A stretch of 62,793 bases of DNA, filler included, from Planctomycetota bacterium (lineage in GTDB: Bacteria > Planctomycetota > Planctomycetia > JALXBF01): NCBI GenBank assembly GCA_026991575.1. It is 5 parts of 5 records of this genome, joined end to end, with 100 filler letters (N's around TTAATTAATTAA, not from the genome) between each part and the next. Parts side by side here need not be neighbours in the genome. Positions count along the whole stretch, not along the records: positions 24,339 to 48,369 come from JALXBF010000045.1; 4 more parts are not named here. One strand, 5' to 3'. Below are positions 33,537-43,995 of the stretch, piece by piece; within the stretch, counting starts at the first letter, position 1, and each line of letters starts with the position of its first letter. The notes beneath the pieces are model-generated. The model saw only the letters and a list, made by a program, of their open reading frames with translations. It was not told where the DNA came from and ran no database searches. The position numbers and the translations under genes are program-made.

Positions 33537-35508
33537 CATCTTCGTCCAGTACATCTGGCTGGTGCCCGCTGTATCGTTGCTGGCAGCCGTGATCACTGCG
33601 ATCGCTGGCAACCGATGGCTCAAGCAGCAGGCGTGGCTGCCGTGCATGCTGGCAGCAGCGTTCGGAGCGGTCTGGTCCGCACTCGCGCTGGTGGTCGTCG
33701 CACAGGCGGACGAGCCCGTGGCGTTCGTGCCGGTCCTGGAATGGCTCACGGTGTCGGATCTGCGTGTCGCCTACGAGCTCTTGGTGGATCCGCTGTCGGC
33801 TCTCATGCTGTTCATGGTGACGTTCGTGGGCTCGTTGATCGTGGCGTTTGCCAGCTGGTACATGGCCCACGAGGAAGGTTATGCGCGCTTCTTCTCGGAA
33901 GTTGCGCTGTTCCTGTTTTCGATGACCTCCCTGGTGCTCGTGGCCAACCTGTTAATGCTGTACGTCTTCTGGGAACTGGTCGGGCTGTGTAGCTACCTGT
34001 TGATCGGCTTCTACTACACGAGGCCGTGCGCGGCTGCAGCGGCCAAGAAGGCGTTCGTTGTCAACCGCATCGGTGACTTTGGCTTCGCCCTGGGCATCTT
34101 CCTCATCTGGGTTACATGCGGCACGCTGAGCTATCGGCAGGTGCTGGCGGTGGACCAGGGCCTCCAGCAACTCACTGCGGCTGGGCCGGCCGTTCTCACG
34201 ACGGTGTGCCTGCTGCTGTTTTGCGGTGCGGTAGGCAAGTCAGCTCAGTTCCCGCTGCATGTCTGGTTGCCCGACGCGATGGAAGGCCCCACCCCGGTTA
34301 GCGCGTTGATCCATGCGGCGACGATGGTCACAGCCGGCGTCTACATGGTGGCGCGGTTCACGCCGCTGTTTGCTCAAGCGGCTGGCGTGGGGACTGTGGT
34401 GTTGGTGATCGGGTGCGTGACGGCATTCATCGCGGCGTTCACCGCGCTGACCCAGACGGACTTCAAACGCATCCTCGCCTACTCAACGATCAGCCAGCTC
34501 GGCTACATGTTCATGGCGCTGGGAATCGGCACGGTAGCCGGGGCCGTAGCGGCCATCTTCCACGTGTTTACCCATGCGTTCTTCAAGGCGTTGCTCTTCT
34601 TGGGGTCAGGCAGCGTGATGCATGCAACCGGGGGGGAACTGAACGTGTGGCGCATGGGCGGGCTGCGCAAGTACCTGCCGGTGACGCACTGGACGTTCCT
34701 GTGTGCCGCCCTGGCCCTGGCAGGCTTCCCGCTGTTGTCCGGCTTCTGGAGTAAGGACGCGATCCTGGCCACCGTGTGGCAGGCCTCAGGCGCCGCCACG
34801 CAGCTGGCAGGAGCAGTCGGCCTGATCACCGCAGCCCTTACTGCGTTCTACATCGGTCGCGCCTACTTTCTGGTCTTCTGGGGCGAACCGCGTGACCGGG
34901 CAATCGAGGAGCAGGTAGAGCATTACGTCCGCGACGAAGCGCACGGGCCGCCCGAGCCGCTGATCATGAAAGCCCCCCTGATCGTCCTCGCTGTGGGCAG
35001 TGTCCTGGTCGGCGCAGTGATCGCACTGGCGTTTGGGGGCCTGGTGCCGTTCCTGGCCGGTGCGTACGGAGTCGAGCCGCTTGCTCATGCAACGGCGGAA
35101 CATGACGCGCATGGCCATGCCTGGGGCATGATGCTTCTCAGCGCTGTTGTCGCCCTGGCCGGATTGGGCCTGGCTTACGTGTTCTACGGCCAGCCCAGTC
35201 CGTGGCCCGATCGACTGGCCGAGCAGCTGGCGCCGCTGTACCGCATTTCGGTCAACAAGTTCTGGCTTGACGAACTTGGCCTGATCCTGGTGGTGCGGCC
35301 GATGCTGGCCATTGCTGCCGCTTGCCGGGTGCTGGACAACGTTCTGGTCGATGGGCTCGTGCATGCCGTGGCCGCCGTGCCTGCCTGGTTTGCGCGGCTT
35401 GCGCTGCGGCCGATGCATAACGGCCTGGTACCGTTCTATGCCCTGGCGATGTTGCTTGGCCTGGCCGTGATCCTGACGCTGGTATTGTTCCAGATTCAAG
35501 GCGGTTAG
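33526..35508 (+). CDS. nuoL: NADH-quinone oxidoreductase subunit L
   Basis: GKSAQFPLHVWLPDAMEGPTPVSALIHAATMVTAG and HAFFKALLF. Confidence 0.97.
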   Translation: MSDSIFVQYIWLVPAVSLLAAVITAIAGNRWLKQQAWLPCMLAAAFGAVWSALALVVVAQADEPVAFVPVLEWLTVSDLRVAYELLVDPLSALMLFMVTFVGSLIVAFASWYMAHEEGYARFFSEVALFLFSMTSLVLVANLLMLYVFWELVGLCSYLLIGFYYTRPCAAAAAKKAFVVNRIGDFGFALGIFLIWVTCGTLSYRQVLAVDQGLQQLTAAGPAVLTTVCLLLFCGAVGKSAQFPLHVWLPDAMEGPTPVSALIHAATMVTAGVYMVARFTPLFAQAAGVGTVVLVIGCVTAFIAAFTALTQTDFKRILAYSTISQLGYMFMALGIGTVAGAVAAIFHVFTHAFFKALLFLGSGSVMHATGGELNVWRMGGLRKYLPVTHWTFLCAALALAGFPLLSGFWSKDAILATVWQASGAATQLAGAVGLITAALTAFYIGRAYFLVFWGEPRDRAIEEQVEHYVRDEAHGPPEPLIMKAPLIVLAVGSVLVGAVIALAFGGLVPFLAGAYGVEPLAHATAEHDAHGHAWGMMLLSAVVALAGLGLAYVFYGQPSPWPDRLAEQLAPLYRISVNKFWLDELGLILVVRPMLAIAAACRVLDNVLVDGLVHAVAAVPAWFARLALRPMHNGLVPFYALAMLLGLAVILTLVLFQIQGG

Positions 35509-35536
35509 GCCCGTAGGGATTTTCCGGGAACTATCG

Positions 35537-37105
35537 ATGCACTGGCTGTTGCTGATTGCTGTCGTCCAACCCGCGCTGGCCGCCATTGCGGTCGGCCTGC
35601 TGCCGCTTTCCAGAGGCCAAAGTCGGGCCGTAGCGCTTGGCTCGTCGCTGGTCTCCCTTGTGCTGACGGTGATCCTCTGCCTGAAATTTGATCCCCAGGC
35701 CGCAGCCAGAGCTCAATTCGTGTGGGCTGTGGACTGGTTCGGCGAAGGAGGTGTGCGCTTTGCGCTCGGCGTCGATGGTCTGTCGCTGTGGTTGCTGCCG
35801 TTGAGCACGTTGCTGACGGTTGTCGCGGTGCTGTCCTCGTGGGAATCGATTCGTGACGGGGCTCGTGGCTTTTACGCGCTTCTGTTACTCCTGGAGACGG
35901 GCATGCTGGGGGTGTTCGCGGCGCTGGACATCGTGCTTTTCTATGTGTTCTTCGAGTTCACGCTGATCCCACTGTTCTTCATCATTGGCATTTGGGGGGG
36001 CCCGGAGCGGCGGTTCGCGGCGGTAAAGTTCCTGATCTACACGTTTGCTGGCAGCGTGCTCACCGCTGCCGGTCTCCTCTACGTCCTCGTTGCCCATTAC
36101 AACGAGCACGGGACTTGGACGTTCGACATCGCCACGCTGGTATACCAGACCACCATTCCCACCGAAGCCCAGATGCTCCTGTTCCTGGCCTTGTTCGCGG
36201 GGTTCGCGATCAAGGTACCTGTGTTTCCGTTCCATACATGGTTGCCACTCGCACACGTCGAAGCCCCGACAGCCGGTAGCGTGTTGCTGGCCGGTGTGCT
36301 GCTGAAGCTGGGCACCTACGGCTTCGTTCGCTTCAGCCTCCCCCTCGTGCCAGGTGCCTGCCACGAGGCCTTCCCATGGGTGGCCACGCTGGCGGTCATC
36401 GGCGTGCTCTATGGTGCTTTGACCGCCATGGCGCAGGAGGACATCAAACGACTCGTCGCCTATTCCAGTATCAGCCACATGGGGTTCTGCGTGCTCGGGT
36501 TGTTCAGCTTGAATCATCAGGGCATTGCGGGAGGCGTTCTCCAGATGGTCAACCATGGCCTGGCCACCGGGGCGCTCTTTGCGATCGTCGGCATGCTCTA
36601 CGACCGGTACCACACGCGGATGATCGCCGACTATAGCGGCATGGCCCGGATCATGCCCCGGTTGGCCGTGCTGACGATGGTTGTCGTCCTGGCCAGCATT
36701 GGGCTACCCGGGTTAAACGGCTTTGTCGGGGAGGTGCTCATCCTGCTCGGCGCGTTCAAGGCCAGCTGGGTGGCAGCCATGCTGGCCACGGCAGGCATTG
36801 TCCTGGGTGCTTACTACATGCTGACGCTGATGCAACGGGCGTTTTTCGGCGAGGTGCGGGAACCACTCGCCGGAGAACACGCCGAGTCGGCCGGCGACCT
36901 GCGGTGGCATGAATTGGCTGCGCTCATTCCCATCGTGGCAGCGTGCTTTTGGATCGGTCTGTGGCCGAGGTTTTTCGTAGAGCGGATGGCTCCGGCCATC
37001 GATGTTATCGTGAACCGATCGACCCAGGTGTCCCGTAACGAGTCGACATCGAAAGTGATCCGGCTAGTGCGTCGAGCACCATCGCCAGAGGCGCGAGGCA
37101 GCTAA
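35537..37105 (+). CDS. nuoM: NADH-quinone oxidoreductase subunit M
   Basis: FAIKVPVFPFHTWLPLAHVEAPTAGSV and AYSSISHMG. Confidence 0.97.
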   Translation: MHWLLLIAVVQPALAAIAVGLLPLSRGQSRAVALGSSLVSLVLTVILCLKFDPQAAARAQFVWAVDWFGEGGVRFALGVDGLSLWLLPLSTLLTVVAVLSSWESIRDGARGFYALLLLLETGMLGVFAALDIVLFYVFFEFTLIPLFFIIGIWGGPERRFAAVKFLIYTFAGSVLTAAGLLYVLVAHYNEHGTWTFDIATLVYQTTIPTEAQMLLFLALFAGFAIKVPVFPFHTWLPLAHVEAPTAGSVLLAGVLLKLGTYGFVRFSLPLVPGACHEAFPWVATLAVIGVLYGALTAMAQEDIKRLVAYSSISHMGFCVLGLFSLNHQGIAGGVLQMVNHGLATGALFAIVGMLYDRYHTRMIADYSGMARIMPRLAVLTMVVVLASIGLPGLNGFVGEVLILLGAFKASWVAAMLATAGIVLGAYYMLTLMQRAFFGEVREPLAGEHAESAGDLRWHELAALIPIVAACFWIGLWPRFFVERMAPAIDVIVNRSTQVSRNESTSKVIRLVRRAPSPEARGS

Positions 37106-37121
37106 GGAGGCAAGCAGACCC

Positions 37122-38735
37122 GTGGTTGACCTGTTCCTGTACCTCACCCCTGAGCTGCTAATCATTCTCCTGGCGAGTGCGGCCTACGTGGTTGCGGCCT
37201 GGCTTGGGCCAGCGCGGCTGTGGCCCTGGTGGGCATTGGTCACGCTTGCCTGCGCTGCGGGGGCACTCGCTGTGGTCAGCGGTATGGAAGGGCCTGAGGA
37301 TACCGCTGCTGCGGCCGTACGTGCCGTCTCGTACGACAGCTTTGCTGTGACACTCCGCTGGCTTGCCCTCGCAAGTGGCCTGGCGATCGTTGCGATGGCG
37401 TGGTATCGAGCCGAGCTGGCGACGGCCGGCGAGTACTACGCGTCGCTAGTGCTGCTCGTGGCCGGCCTCGGTCTTGTAGCCGCGGCGAATGATCTCGTGC
37501 TGCTGTTTGCTTCGCTAGAGCTTATCAGCATACCGACGTACGTGTTGCTCTACATGGAACGACGCGACCTGGAGGCGCGCGAAGCCGCCGCCAAGTACTT
37601 CTACCTCAGCGTTCTCGCCTCCGCACTGTTCTTGTTCGGCGCAGCACTCGCTTACGGCGTCACCGGCAGCACGAACTTCCGAGCGATGCATGAGCTGTTG
37701 CTTGACCCGGATCGGCTCAGCACGTCCGTTCCGTCACTGGGGCCGATGGCCATCGGCCTTCTGCTGGCCGGAGTGGGCTTCAAGATGGCGGCGGTGCCGT
37801 TCCACTTCTACGCAGGGGACGTCTACCAGGGGACAAGTAACGTGATGGCGGCAGCGTTGTCCTGGTTCCCGAAGGCTGCCGGCCTGGTGGCTGCCGTCCG
37901 TGTGCTTGTCTTTGCGCTGCCGGGGTTGGAACGTGAGGTGGCGTGGTTGAGCTGGGTCATCGCGGTAGCGACAATGACGCTAGGCAACACGATGGCTCTG
38001 TTGCAGACGAACGTGCGGCGACTGATGGCTTTCTCGGGGGTGGCCCACGCCGGTTACATGCTCGTTGGGCTTGGTGCCGCGTCGCTGCAGGCCCCCCCGG
38101 GCGCCTGGTTCCGCGGTGTCGACAGCCTGGTGCTGTACCTGGTGAGCTATGCCCTGATGACCATCGGGTTCTTCGCCGTTGTAGAACTATTCGGCCAGAA
38201 CCCAGGTGGGCGGCGGATTGAGTCGATCGACGACTTCGCCGGCCTGGGCCAACAGGCGCCACTGCCGGCGGCGCTGGCAACGGTGTTGTTGATCAGCTTA
38301 ATCGGCCTGCCGTTTACGCTCGGCTTCTGGGGCAAGCTTTCCGTCTTCTATGCTGCCATCGCAACGCGCGACGCCCGCTACGTTGTGCTGGCAGTGATCG
38401 GATTGCTGAACGCGGCGATCGGCGCGTTCTACTACCTAAGGATCATCGCGTACATGTACCTGCGCAGCGGATACGGTCGGGTCGAGTACCGGGCGGCCAG
38501 CCCCACGTTCGCTGTCGTCGTGATTACGGCTGCTTTGACGCTCCTGCTGGGGATCTGGCCCCGGCCGGTCGCTCAGCTGGCTTACCGCAGCGCCACTGCC
38601 GTGCAGGGCGCGTTCGCGCGGCAGATCCCTGAGCATACCCGCCGGCACGATGTCCGCCGGCAAGTCTCGACCAGACCGTTCCGTCCGACGGCCGTGCAAG
38701 CCGCTGTGGGCGCCGGCCACGCGGCGGAATACTAA
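37122..38735 (+). CDS. nuoN: NADH-quinone oxidoreductase subunit N
   Basis: EAAAKYF, GFKMAAVPFH and AFSGVAHAGY; last gene of the operon. Confidence 0.96.
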   Translation: MVDLFLYLTPELLIILLASAAYVVAAWLGPARLWPWWALVTLACAAGALAVVSGMEGPEDTAAAAVRAVSYDSFAVTLRWLALASGLAIVAMAWYRAELATAGEYYASLVLLVAGLGLVAAANDLVLLFASLELISIPTYVLLYMERRDLEAREAAAKYFYLSVLASALFLFGAALAYGVTGSTNFRAMHELLLDPDRLSTSVPSLGPMAIGLLLAGVGFKMAAVPFHFYAGDVYQGTSNVMAAALSWFPKAAGLVAAVRVLVFALPGLEREVAWLSWVIAVATMTLGNTMALLQTNVRRLMAFSGVAHAGYMLVGLGAASLQAPPGAWFRGVDSLVLYLVSYALMTIGFFAVVELFGQNPGGRRIESIDDFAGLGQQAPLPAALATVLLISLIGLPFTLGFWGKLSVFYAAIATRDARYVVLAVIGLLNAAIGAFYYLRIIAYMYLRSGYGRVEYRAASPTFAVVVITAALTLLLGIWPRPVAQLAYRSATAVQGAFARQIPEHTRRHDVRRQVSTRPFRPTAVQAAVGAGHAAEY

Positions 38736-40465
38736 CGCGCCTGCTGGCTTGGCGAGCCACCGGACTCTGAACGATGACGCGGCGGAGAGCTCCTGACCGG
38801 CCTGTCCGCGTCCGAGTCGGATTCATCAGGCTCCTGTATCCGTTCGTATCGATTGAGCTGAGCAGTGACCACCACGTGGGTTAGGGGATCCTGGTCGCAT
38901 GGCAGCACGGCGACTACCACTTCGGGACCGATCGGCAGCTGGAAGTGGATCGACGTTGAGGCGATTGTGGCGCGATACTGATCCGGGCCATTTCTGCTGG
39001 ACCGCTCCGGCTGTAGCCGTTTGGTGAGCGTGAAGTGCATCCGCAGTACGACGCGTTCGGGAGCCGATCCCGGCTGCAGTTCGAACTCTGCACGCACTCC
39101 TGCCAAGCCCTCACGCATCATGATCTGCTGCTCGGCGACCTGCTCGGCCACAACCGGAATCGCAGCCGCAGCAATCGAGGACACGTTTCCTCCGACTACC
39201 GCAACGGTTTGGCCGAGTGTACACGGCACTGCAACCTGAGCCAGCAACGTGGGACGCGTCTGCGCTTGCGCCATGAGCTGGTCGGCTGCCCCGATGCGCG
39301 GCTGATCGGGGAAGGCTGGGAGTCCGAAGCCGTATTGAGCGGCCAGTTCCGCATTGGATCCATACGGCATTGTTTTCCCACTCATCTGTCGCATCCAAGG
39401 AGGTTGCCATAGCAGTCGAGGTGTCGCAGGGCCACCGAGCAGACCGTCCAGGTACGGTAACGGCACCATGATGGACGTCATGGACAGCAGCCGTTGAACC
39501 TCCTGGTCTGAGCTGGCCAGGTACCACCTGACGTGAAGCATGAAACTGGCATGCACTTGCAACCGCTCGCGCAGCTGCGTGAGCAGCTCTTCGATCTGGT
39601 CGTGAACGGCCGGGGTTTGCGAAACGACCAGGCTCGTACCGTACGCACCGATGGTGCCGAGTCCACCGTAGGGTTCCCAGGTCTCCGGGCTGCAGGTTTG
39701 GGTAATGAGGTCGACCAGGGCCGAAAGCGTCACGTCGCTCCCGGTCGGTGAGGGCGGCGAACCGAAGGTCGCGCCGGCTGCTGCGGGTTGCCGACCATGA
39801 GCCGCACCTGACCGGCTTGCCCCGGCCTGGCCTGTGCCCGCAGATTCTCCCGGTGACATCCCCGCAGCGCCCGAATGCAGAATGGGACCGAAGTCAAAGT
39901 AGTCAACCGCTTCCTTACCATCATGGTCGAGGCGTCCTGGCAAGACTCCCGTTTCCTTCAGCAGCTCGTCCAGCGACAGGGTCTGCGCAGATGCGAGCAG
40001 GTCGGCTACGGGATAGACGCGGATTTCCGTGTGTTGCGCCGCTTTGTCCCTGGTTGTGATTACCAGGATCGGCCCGTCGACGTAGTAGGCGAGGTCAAGG
40101 GGGGCAAGCATGTACTTGAGAGCAAGGGCCAACGGGATGTTCTCCACGTGTAGCCTCACGGGCTCATCGGGGCTGATGCCCTGCTCCTCCAAGGCGTGCA
40201 CATCTAGCAGAATGTTGATCCCCGTTTGATTTCGCAGCAGCGGGACGACTTCCGTCAGCGGCGTGTCGACAAACTTCAGCGTGCACGGAGCGCGGAGCGC
40301 ATCCTGCACGCTCTTTGCTCTCGCTGCAGAGCGAACGGCATGCCGGCTGCGCGCGGCCGTTTCGCTTCGTTGCGCGAAGACGACACTCCATGTCCAACCA
40401 ATCGCCAGGAGGAGAACAACGGATGTCGCGATGCGCTGCGCGGCTGTGGCGGCAAACTCGCGCAT
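38732..40465 (-). CDS. Exported STN/secretin-N-domain protein (secretin-like with degenerate C-terminal beta region)
   Basis: ATG at 40465 follows GGAGG and begins a signal peptide. Contains FVDTPLTEVV..LRNQTGINILLD (STN-like), RVYPVADL and LVDLITQTCSPETW...LVVSQTPAVHDQIEELL, all homologous to segments of the 8004-13199 secretin. Confidence 0.75.
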   Translation of the reverse strand: MREFAATAAQRIATSVVLLLAIGWTWSVVFAQRSETAARSRHAVRSAARAKSVQDALRAPCTLKFVDTPLTEVVPLLRNQTGINILLDVHALEEQGISPDEPVRLHVENIPLALALKYMLAPLDLAYYVDGPILVITTRDKAAQHTEIRVYPVADLLASAQTLSLDELLKETGVLPGRLDHDGKEAVDYFDFGPILHSGAAGMSPGESAGTGQAGASRSGAAHGRQPAAAGATFGSPPSPTGSDVTLSALVDLITQTCSPETWEPYGGLGTIGAYGTSLVVSQTPAVHDQIEELLTQLRERLQVHASFMLHVRWYLASSDQEVQRLLSMTSIMVPLPYLDGLLGGPATPRLLWQPPWMRQMSGKTMPYGSNAELAAQYGFGLPAFPDQPRIGAADQLMAQAQTRPTLLAQVAVPCTLGQTVAVVGGNVSSIAAAAIPVVAEQVAEQQIMMREGLAGVRAEFELQPGSAPERVVLRMHFTLTKRLQPERSSRNGPDQYRATIASTSIHFQLPIGPEVVVAVLPCDQDPLTHVVVTAQLNRYERIQEPDESDSDADRPVRSSPPRHRSESGGSPSQQAR

Positions 40466-40496
40466 TGTTGAACCTCCGGTTGCCAGGTGTGGTGTG

Positions 40497-41720
40497 TCAC
40501 CTTCTGTGTTGCACGAAAGTGGCTGTGGCTGCTGACGTAGTGCAGACCGTCCAGGCAACGGTGCGCTGGGGAGAGCTGCGGCTAAGGATGCGCTCCTGTC
40601 CGGCGGCTACCAAACAAGCAACGACCACGCGCCTGAGATCCGGCCGCCGCCGTGCTAGCAGCCACAGGCGATAGGCGTGGTTGTTGTTCCGGGCCAGTGC
40701 TACCAGGACGGCGAATGCCGGTTGGTTCCGCCGGCGGTAGGCCAGGTCAGCCAGAAGCAGCAGCGGTGGATCCGCCACGAGCTGCAGGCTTCGTTGCCGA
40801 AGCCGATCGTCAGCGGGTGCCGCTGCCCACCACTTAAGAAACAGGTGCGCCCCCAACCTGGACCGGTGCGTGAGGAGTGCTGCGGCGAGCAACGGGGCGA
40901 TCGGCCGGTTGTGGTTTTCGGCCAGGGTTTGCCACAGGCGTTGCACGGGGGCTGCACTAGCCAGGGCACCCACAAGCCGAAGCTGCTCGCCACGGCCGTG
41001 TGAGGAGCGGGTAAGAGATCGAAGCAGTTGGGCCAGGCGCCCCTCCGCGCACGCGCGGCGGATGCGTACTCTGTAGTCGCCGTGGCCGGATGCACGGGAC
41101 CTGATGGGGGAAGCGCTCACGCCACGTGGTACCGCAGGAAGGGCGGGGCGCTTGCTGCTGTGGAGAGCGCTCACAAAGCGGGCAGCGAACATGTCGCCAA
41201 GAGTACCGGTCCGGCTGGCCCGTGAGGGGGTTGGATGGTCGGCGGCCTCGCGCGGCTGCTGATCAGCGACACGCACAGGGTCGTTCTGTTGCTGCTGCTG
41301 GTGCTGCTGCTGCTGAGGGGACGGGTTCGCCGGGGAGTTGACCGGTGGCGCTATCCTGGGGTGAGGCGCCGTGACCCGCCGCCGCATGGCCGTGGCGTCC
41401 GGCAGTTGGTCCGACGACATGCGGCCCGGTTGGAGTAACGCCAGCCCTGCGAGCACGGCCGCAAGCGATGCAGCACAGCTGAGCGCCACCGCTAGAGCCT
41501 GGCGGTGGCCGGTGCGTTTGGCGGCTGGACGGGGCGGTTGTCGGTGGCGGACGAGGTCCTCCCAGTACGCTAGCAGCCGCGCGCGTAGTTCCTCGTCGAC
41601 CTCGTCGCAGCATTGAAGCTGCGCCAGCAGCTCGTCAAGCAACCGGTCCAGCGGGGCATTAGCTGCCTCGTGTCCTCTGGGAGGGGGTGGCTCGTGGTGT
41701 TGCTCAGCACTCATGGTCAA
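40497..41720 (-). CDS. Putative membrane-anchored anti-sigma factor
   Basis: Overlaps the ECF sigma stop. Short cytoplasmic N-terminus, one TM segment (ALAVALSCAASLAAVLAGLALL), a Pro/Gln-rich linker and a helical C-terminus. Confidence 0.55.
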   Translation of the reverse strand: MTMSAEQHHEPPPPRGHEAANAPLDRLLDELLAQLQCCDEVDEELRARLLAYWEDLVRHRQPPRPAAKRTGHRQALAVALSCAASLAAVLAGLALLQPGRMSSDQLPDATAMRRRVTAPHPRIAPPVNSPANPSPQQQQHQQQQQNDPVRVADQQPREAADHPTPSRASRTGTLGDMFAARFVSALHSSKRPALPAVPRGVSASPIRSRASGHGDYRVRIRRACAEGRLAQLLRSLTRSSHGRGEQLRLVGALASAAPVQRLWQTLAENHNRPIAPLLAAALLTHRSRLGAHLFLKWWAAAPADDRLRQRSLQLVADPPLLLLADLAYRRRNQPAFAVLVALARNNNHAYRLWLLARRRPDLRRVVVACLVAAGQERILSRSSPQRTVAWTVCTTSAATATFVQHRR

Positions 41721-42234
41721 CAGGTCCGTTCAGCTCCGCATCCAGCCAACGCTTCAACTTCGCCCTAGCCTGGCACACAAGGGTGCGGACATTCTGTTCG
41801 TTGGTTTCCATGACCTCCGCTGCTTCGCGTGCCGTCAAGCGAGCGAAGCAGGTTAGCACCAGCGCCTCCCGTTGCCTGGCTGGTAGCCGGTCAATCCACG
41901 CGAGAAGTTTTCGTTGCAATTCGGACGACTCGATCAGTGGCCTCGAAGGCTCAGCACCAGGTATTACGGCTTCGACGAGTCCAGTTTGTTCCCGGCGCCG
42001 CTGCTTCCGTCGTTGCCAGTCGCGTGCGGCGCTTAGAACGATGCGCAAGAACCAGAGGCGGAAGCGGGCGGTGTCACGGAGGGTATGGAACGCTTGCACA
42101 ACCCGCAGCAGTGCCTCCTGCAGAATGTCCTCCGCATCGTCTCGCCGCCCGCACAGGCGCAGAGCCAGCCGCAGCCCCTCGTCCAGGTGCTCTCGCACCA
42201 ACTCGTCGAGCTCCCGCCACGGTTCGCCTGGCAT
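41704..42234 (-). CDS. ECF-family RNA polymerase sigma factor
   Basis: DAEDILQEALL, F.LWFLRI and LPARQREALVL...EAAEVM...VRTLVCQARAKL (regions 2 and 4). Confidence 0.92.
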   Translation of the reverse strand: MPGEPWRELDELVREHLDEGLRLALRLCGRRDDAEDILQEALLRVVQAFHTLRDTARFRLWFLRIVLSAARDWQRRKQRRREQTGLVEAVIPGAEPSRPLIESSELQRKLLAWIDRLPARQREALVLTCFARLTAREAAEVMETNEQNVRTLVCQARAKLKRWLDAELNGPVDHEC

Positions 42235-42255
42235 CGTACCTCATGTCTCCCTCTC

Positions 42256-42350
42256 TTTAGACGGGCTGTCCGGCCGAACGTTAATCGGCGAACGAGAAGC
42301 CGCGCGCATCGTGACGCGGCTGATTTAGACGCGGGGCAGGCCCAACGTGA
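42256..42350 (-). promoter_or_regulatory. Two tandem ECF-type promoter-like motifs upstream of the ECF gene
   Basis: Minus strand reads TAACGTT-N13-CGTCTAAA (42256-42283) and TCACGTT-N12-CGTCTAAA (42324-42350). The first matches the general AAC-N16-CGT ECF pattern. Confidence 0.55.
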
Positions 42351-42600
42351 TGTGGTGCCTCGGAAATCGCGTTTCGGGCTGATCAAAGCCAGTGCGGACA
42401 GGCCGGGGCTGCAGCGCCGCGCAGCGACTTGCCCGGAGGGTTCAGAACGCACGGGGGGTGAGCGGCGGAAGCAGTTGGCCCGGTTGAGGCTGTAACGTGG
42501 TCAGAGGCACCGTGCCTCGGCCACGCCGCAAAGGCTGAATGGCACCGGCACTCGTTGTCGCCGGGCCGTACGGCCGGCACCTAGCGCCATCTCGATTTGC

Positions 42601-42651
42601 AAAGCCCCCATGCCGCGTGCGGGGAGAATCCCACTACGCGGCCTGGGGGCT
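42601..42651 (-). terminator. Terminator-like hairpin downstream of the DUF1559 gene
   Basis: Minus strand AGCCCCCAGGCCGCGT...ACGCGGCATGGGGGCT, followed by TT. Confidence 0.6.
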
Positions 42652-42679
42652 GGGCGAAGAACGTTTCTCGGCGTCGTTC

Positions 42680-43726
42680 CTAGAACGACAGATCGCGTTC
42701 GCTAATTGGTTCCTGGCCGTCCCGGGTGCCGATGGCGAACCAGACGTTCTGGTCAACGTCTTCGGAAACGAATCGCACCCGGCCGTCGCAGAATAGGATG
42801 TTCACCCCGCCGGGGTGGAGGCTACTGGGAGCCATGACCATGTTCGGGGAGGCGTGCCCGGCGTTGCAGCTCTTGCGGTTCGGACGGATGGCAAACCCAA
42901 TGCTCGAGCCGCGACCGGCGTTGGCCCACCACCAGGTTTCGCCCTTGAAGTTCCACTGGTAGGTGGTTGAATCCTCACATGCTTTCTCCCACCACTTGTC
43001 ACCCTCACGCTGCTCGCGCGTGCTCCGGCCCGAGCGCCACGGTTCGGGCCGCCACCAGGTCACCGACAGCGGATCGCGGTTGGCGAACTCGGGACGATGC
43101 TGCATACCGCCTCGGATCCACTCGGAGAACGCGGCGGTGAAGGTCGTTCCGTCGATGATGTCGCGGATGCCGATTGGCTTGTTGATTGACCAGTCCCAGC
43201 CCGGCGAGTAGCAGATACCGTTGGACCGCCAGTTGTTGAAGAAGCGCAGTGTGCCCCAGTTGCCCGCGTAGTTCTGCGAGGTGGCGTGGGGATTGCTGTG
43301 ATCGAAGTGCGGATCGGAGGGACAGAGAAACGTCTGGATCCTAGCGCGACGCAGCGTCGAGTTCGGTTCGTTGGCCCACCGCCAGCCAAGCCCCTCAGCC
43401 TGCAGGTCGAGGTTGGCTGCGTTGTAGATGTCAGCCCGGTCGAGGTAGGGCAGCAGGAACACCTTCATCGACCAACGCTGGCTCCAGTAGGTGTGGTTGG
43501 CGTTCCATCGTGGGCCGCTTGCCTGCATGTAGTCCGGAGGGAAGTAGCCATGCACCTGGTGGTAGTTGTGTAGCGCGATGCCGATCTGTTTCAGATTGTT
43601 GGCACACTGTGCCCGTCGAGCTGCCTCGCGTGCCATCTGCACGGCCGGCAGCAGCAGCGCGATCAGAACGGCGATGATCGCGATGACAACCAACAGCTCA
43701 ATCAGCGTAAAAGCTCTGCGGTTCAT
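42680..43726 (-). CDS. DUF1559 prepilin-type protein (Planctomycete family)
   Basis: [57 protein letters not shown] and the H-X9-DG motif [14 protein letters not shown]. Confidence 0.96.
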   Translation of the reverse strand: MNRRAFTLIELLVVIAIIAVLIALLLPAVQMAREAARRAQCANNLKQIGIALHNYHQVHGYFPPDYMQASGPRWNANHTYWSQRWSMKVFLLPYLDRADIYNAANLDLQAEGLGWRWANEPNSTLRRARIQTFLCPSDPHFDHSNPHATSQNYAGNWGTLRFFNNWRSNGICYSPGWDWSINKPIGIRDIIDGTTFTAAFSEWIRGGMQHRPEFANRDPLSVTWWRPEPWRSGRSTREQREGDKWWEKACEDSTTYQWNFKGETWWWANAGRGSSIGFAIRPNRKSCNAGHASPNMVMAPSSLHPGGVNILFCDGRVRFVSEDVDQNVWFAIGTRDGQEPISERDLSF

Positions 43727-43995
43727 GATGAGCCTCCTCCCACTGTGGGCAGAAGAAACGTCAACAACAATGAGCCACCGTCAAAATGAACTCGCCTCGC
43801 GGTAGCCAGCGGCCAGCTTCCCACTGGTTCGAAACAGCCGGGAAAACACGGTACAGACAGACGGAATAACGCTGACTATCACACGTGCCCCGATACAGGC
43901 CCTAAAGAATCTCTCTTGCTGCTGATGACTCCCAACTTGCTGTCACGACGGGCAGGCAGAGGTCAAACTGGTTCCGGCGGCGCGACAGGCGGCAG

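Noticed and set aside
41287..41315. CTG/CAG trinucleotide run (poly-Gln QQQQHQQQQQ) in the putative anti-sigma gene
   Set aside because: Short in-frame low-complexity linker with no frameshifting potential or evidence of phase variation.
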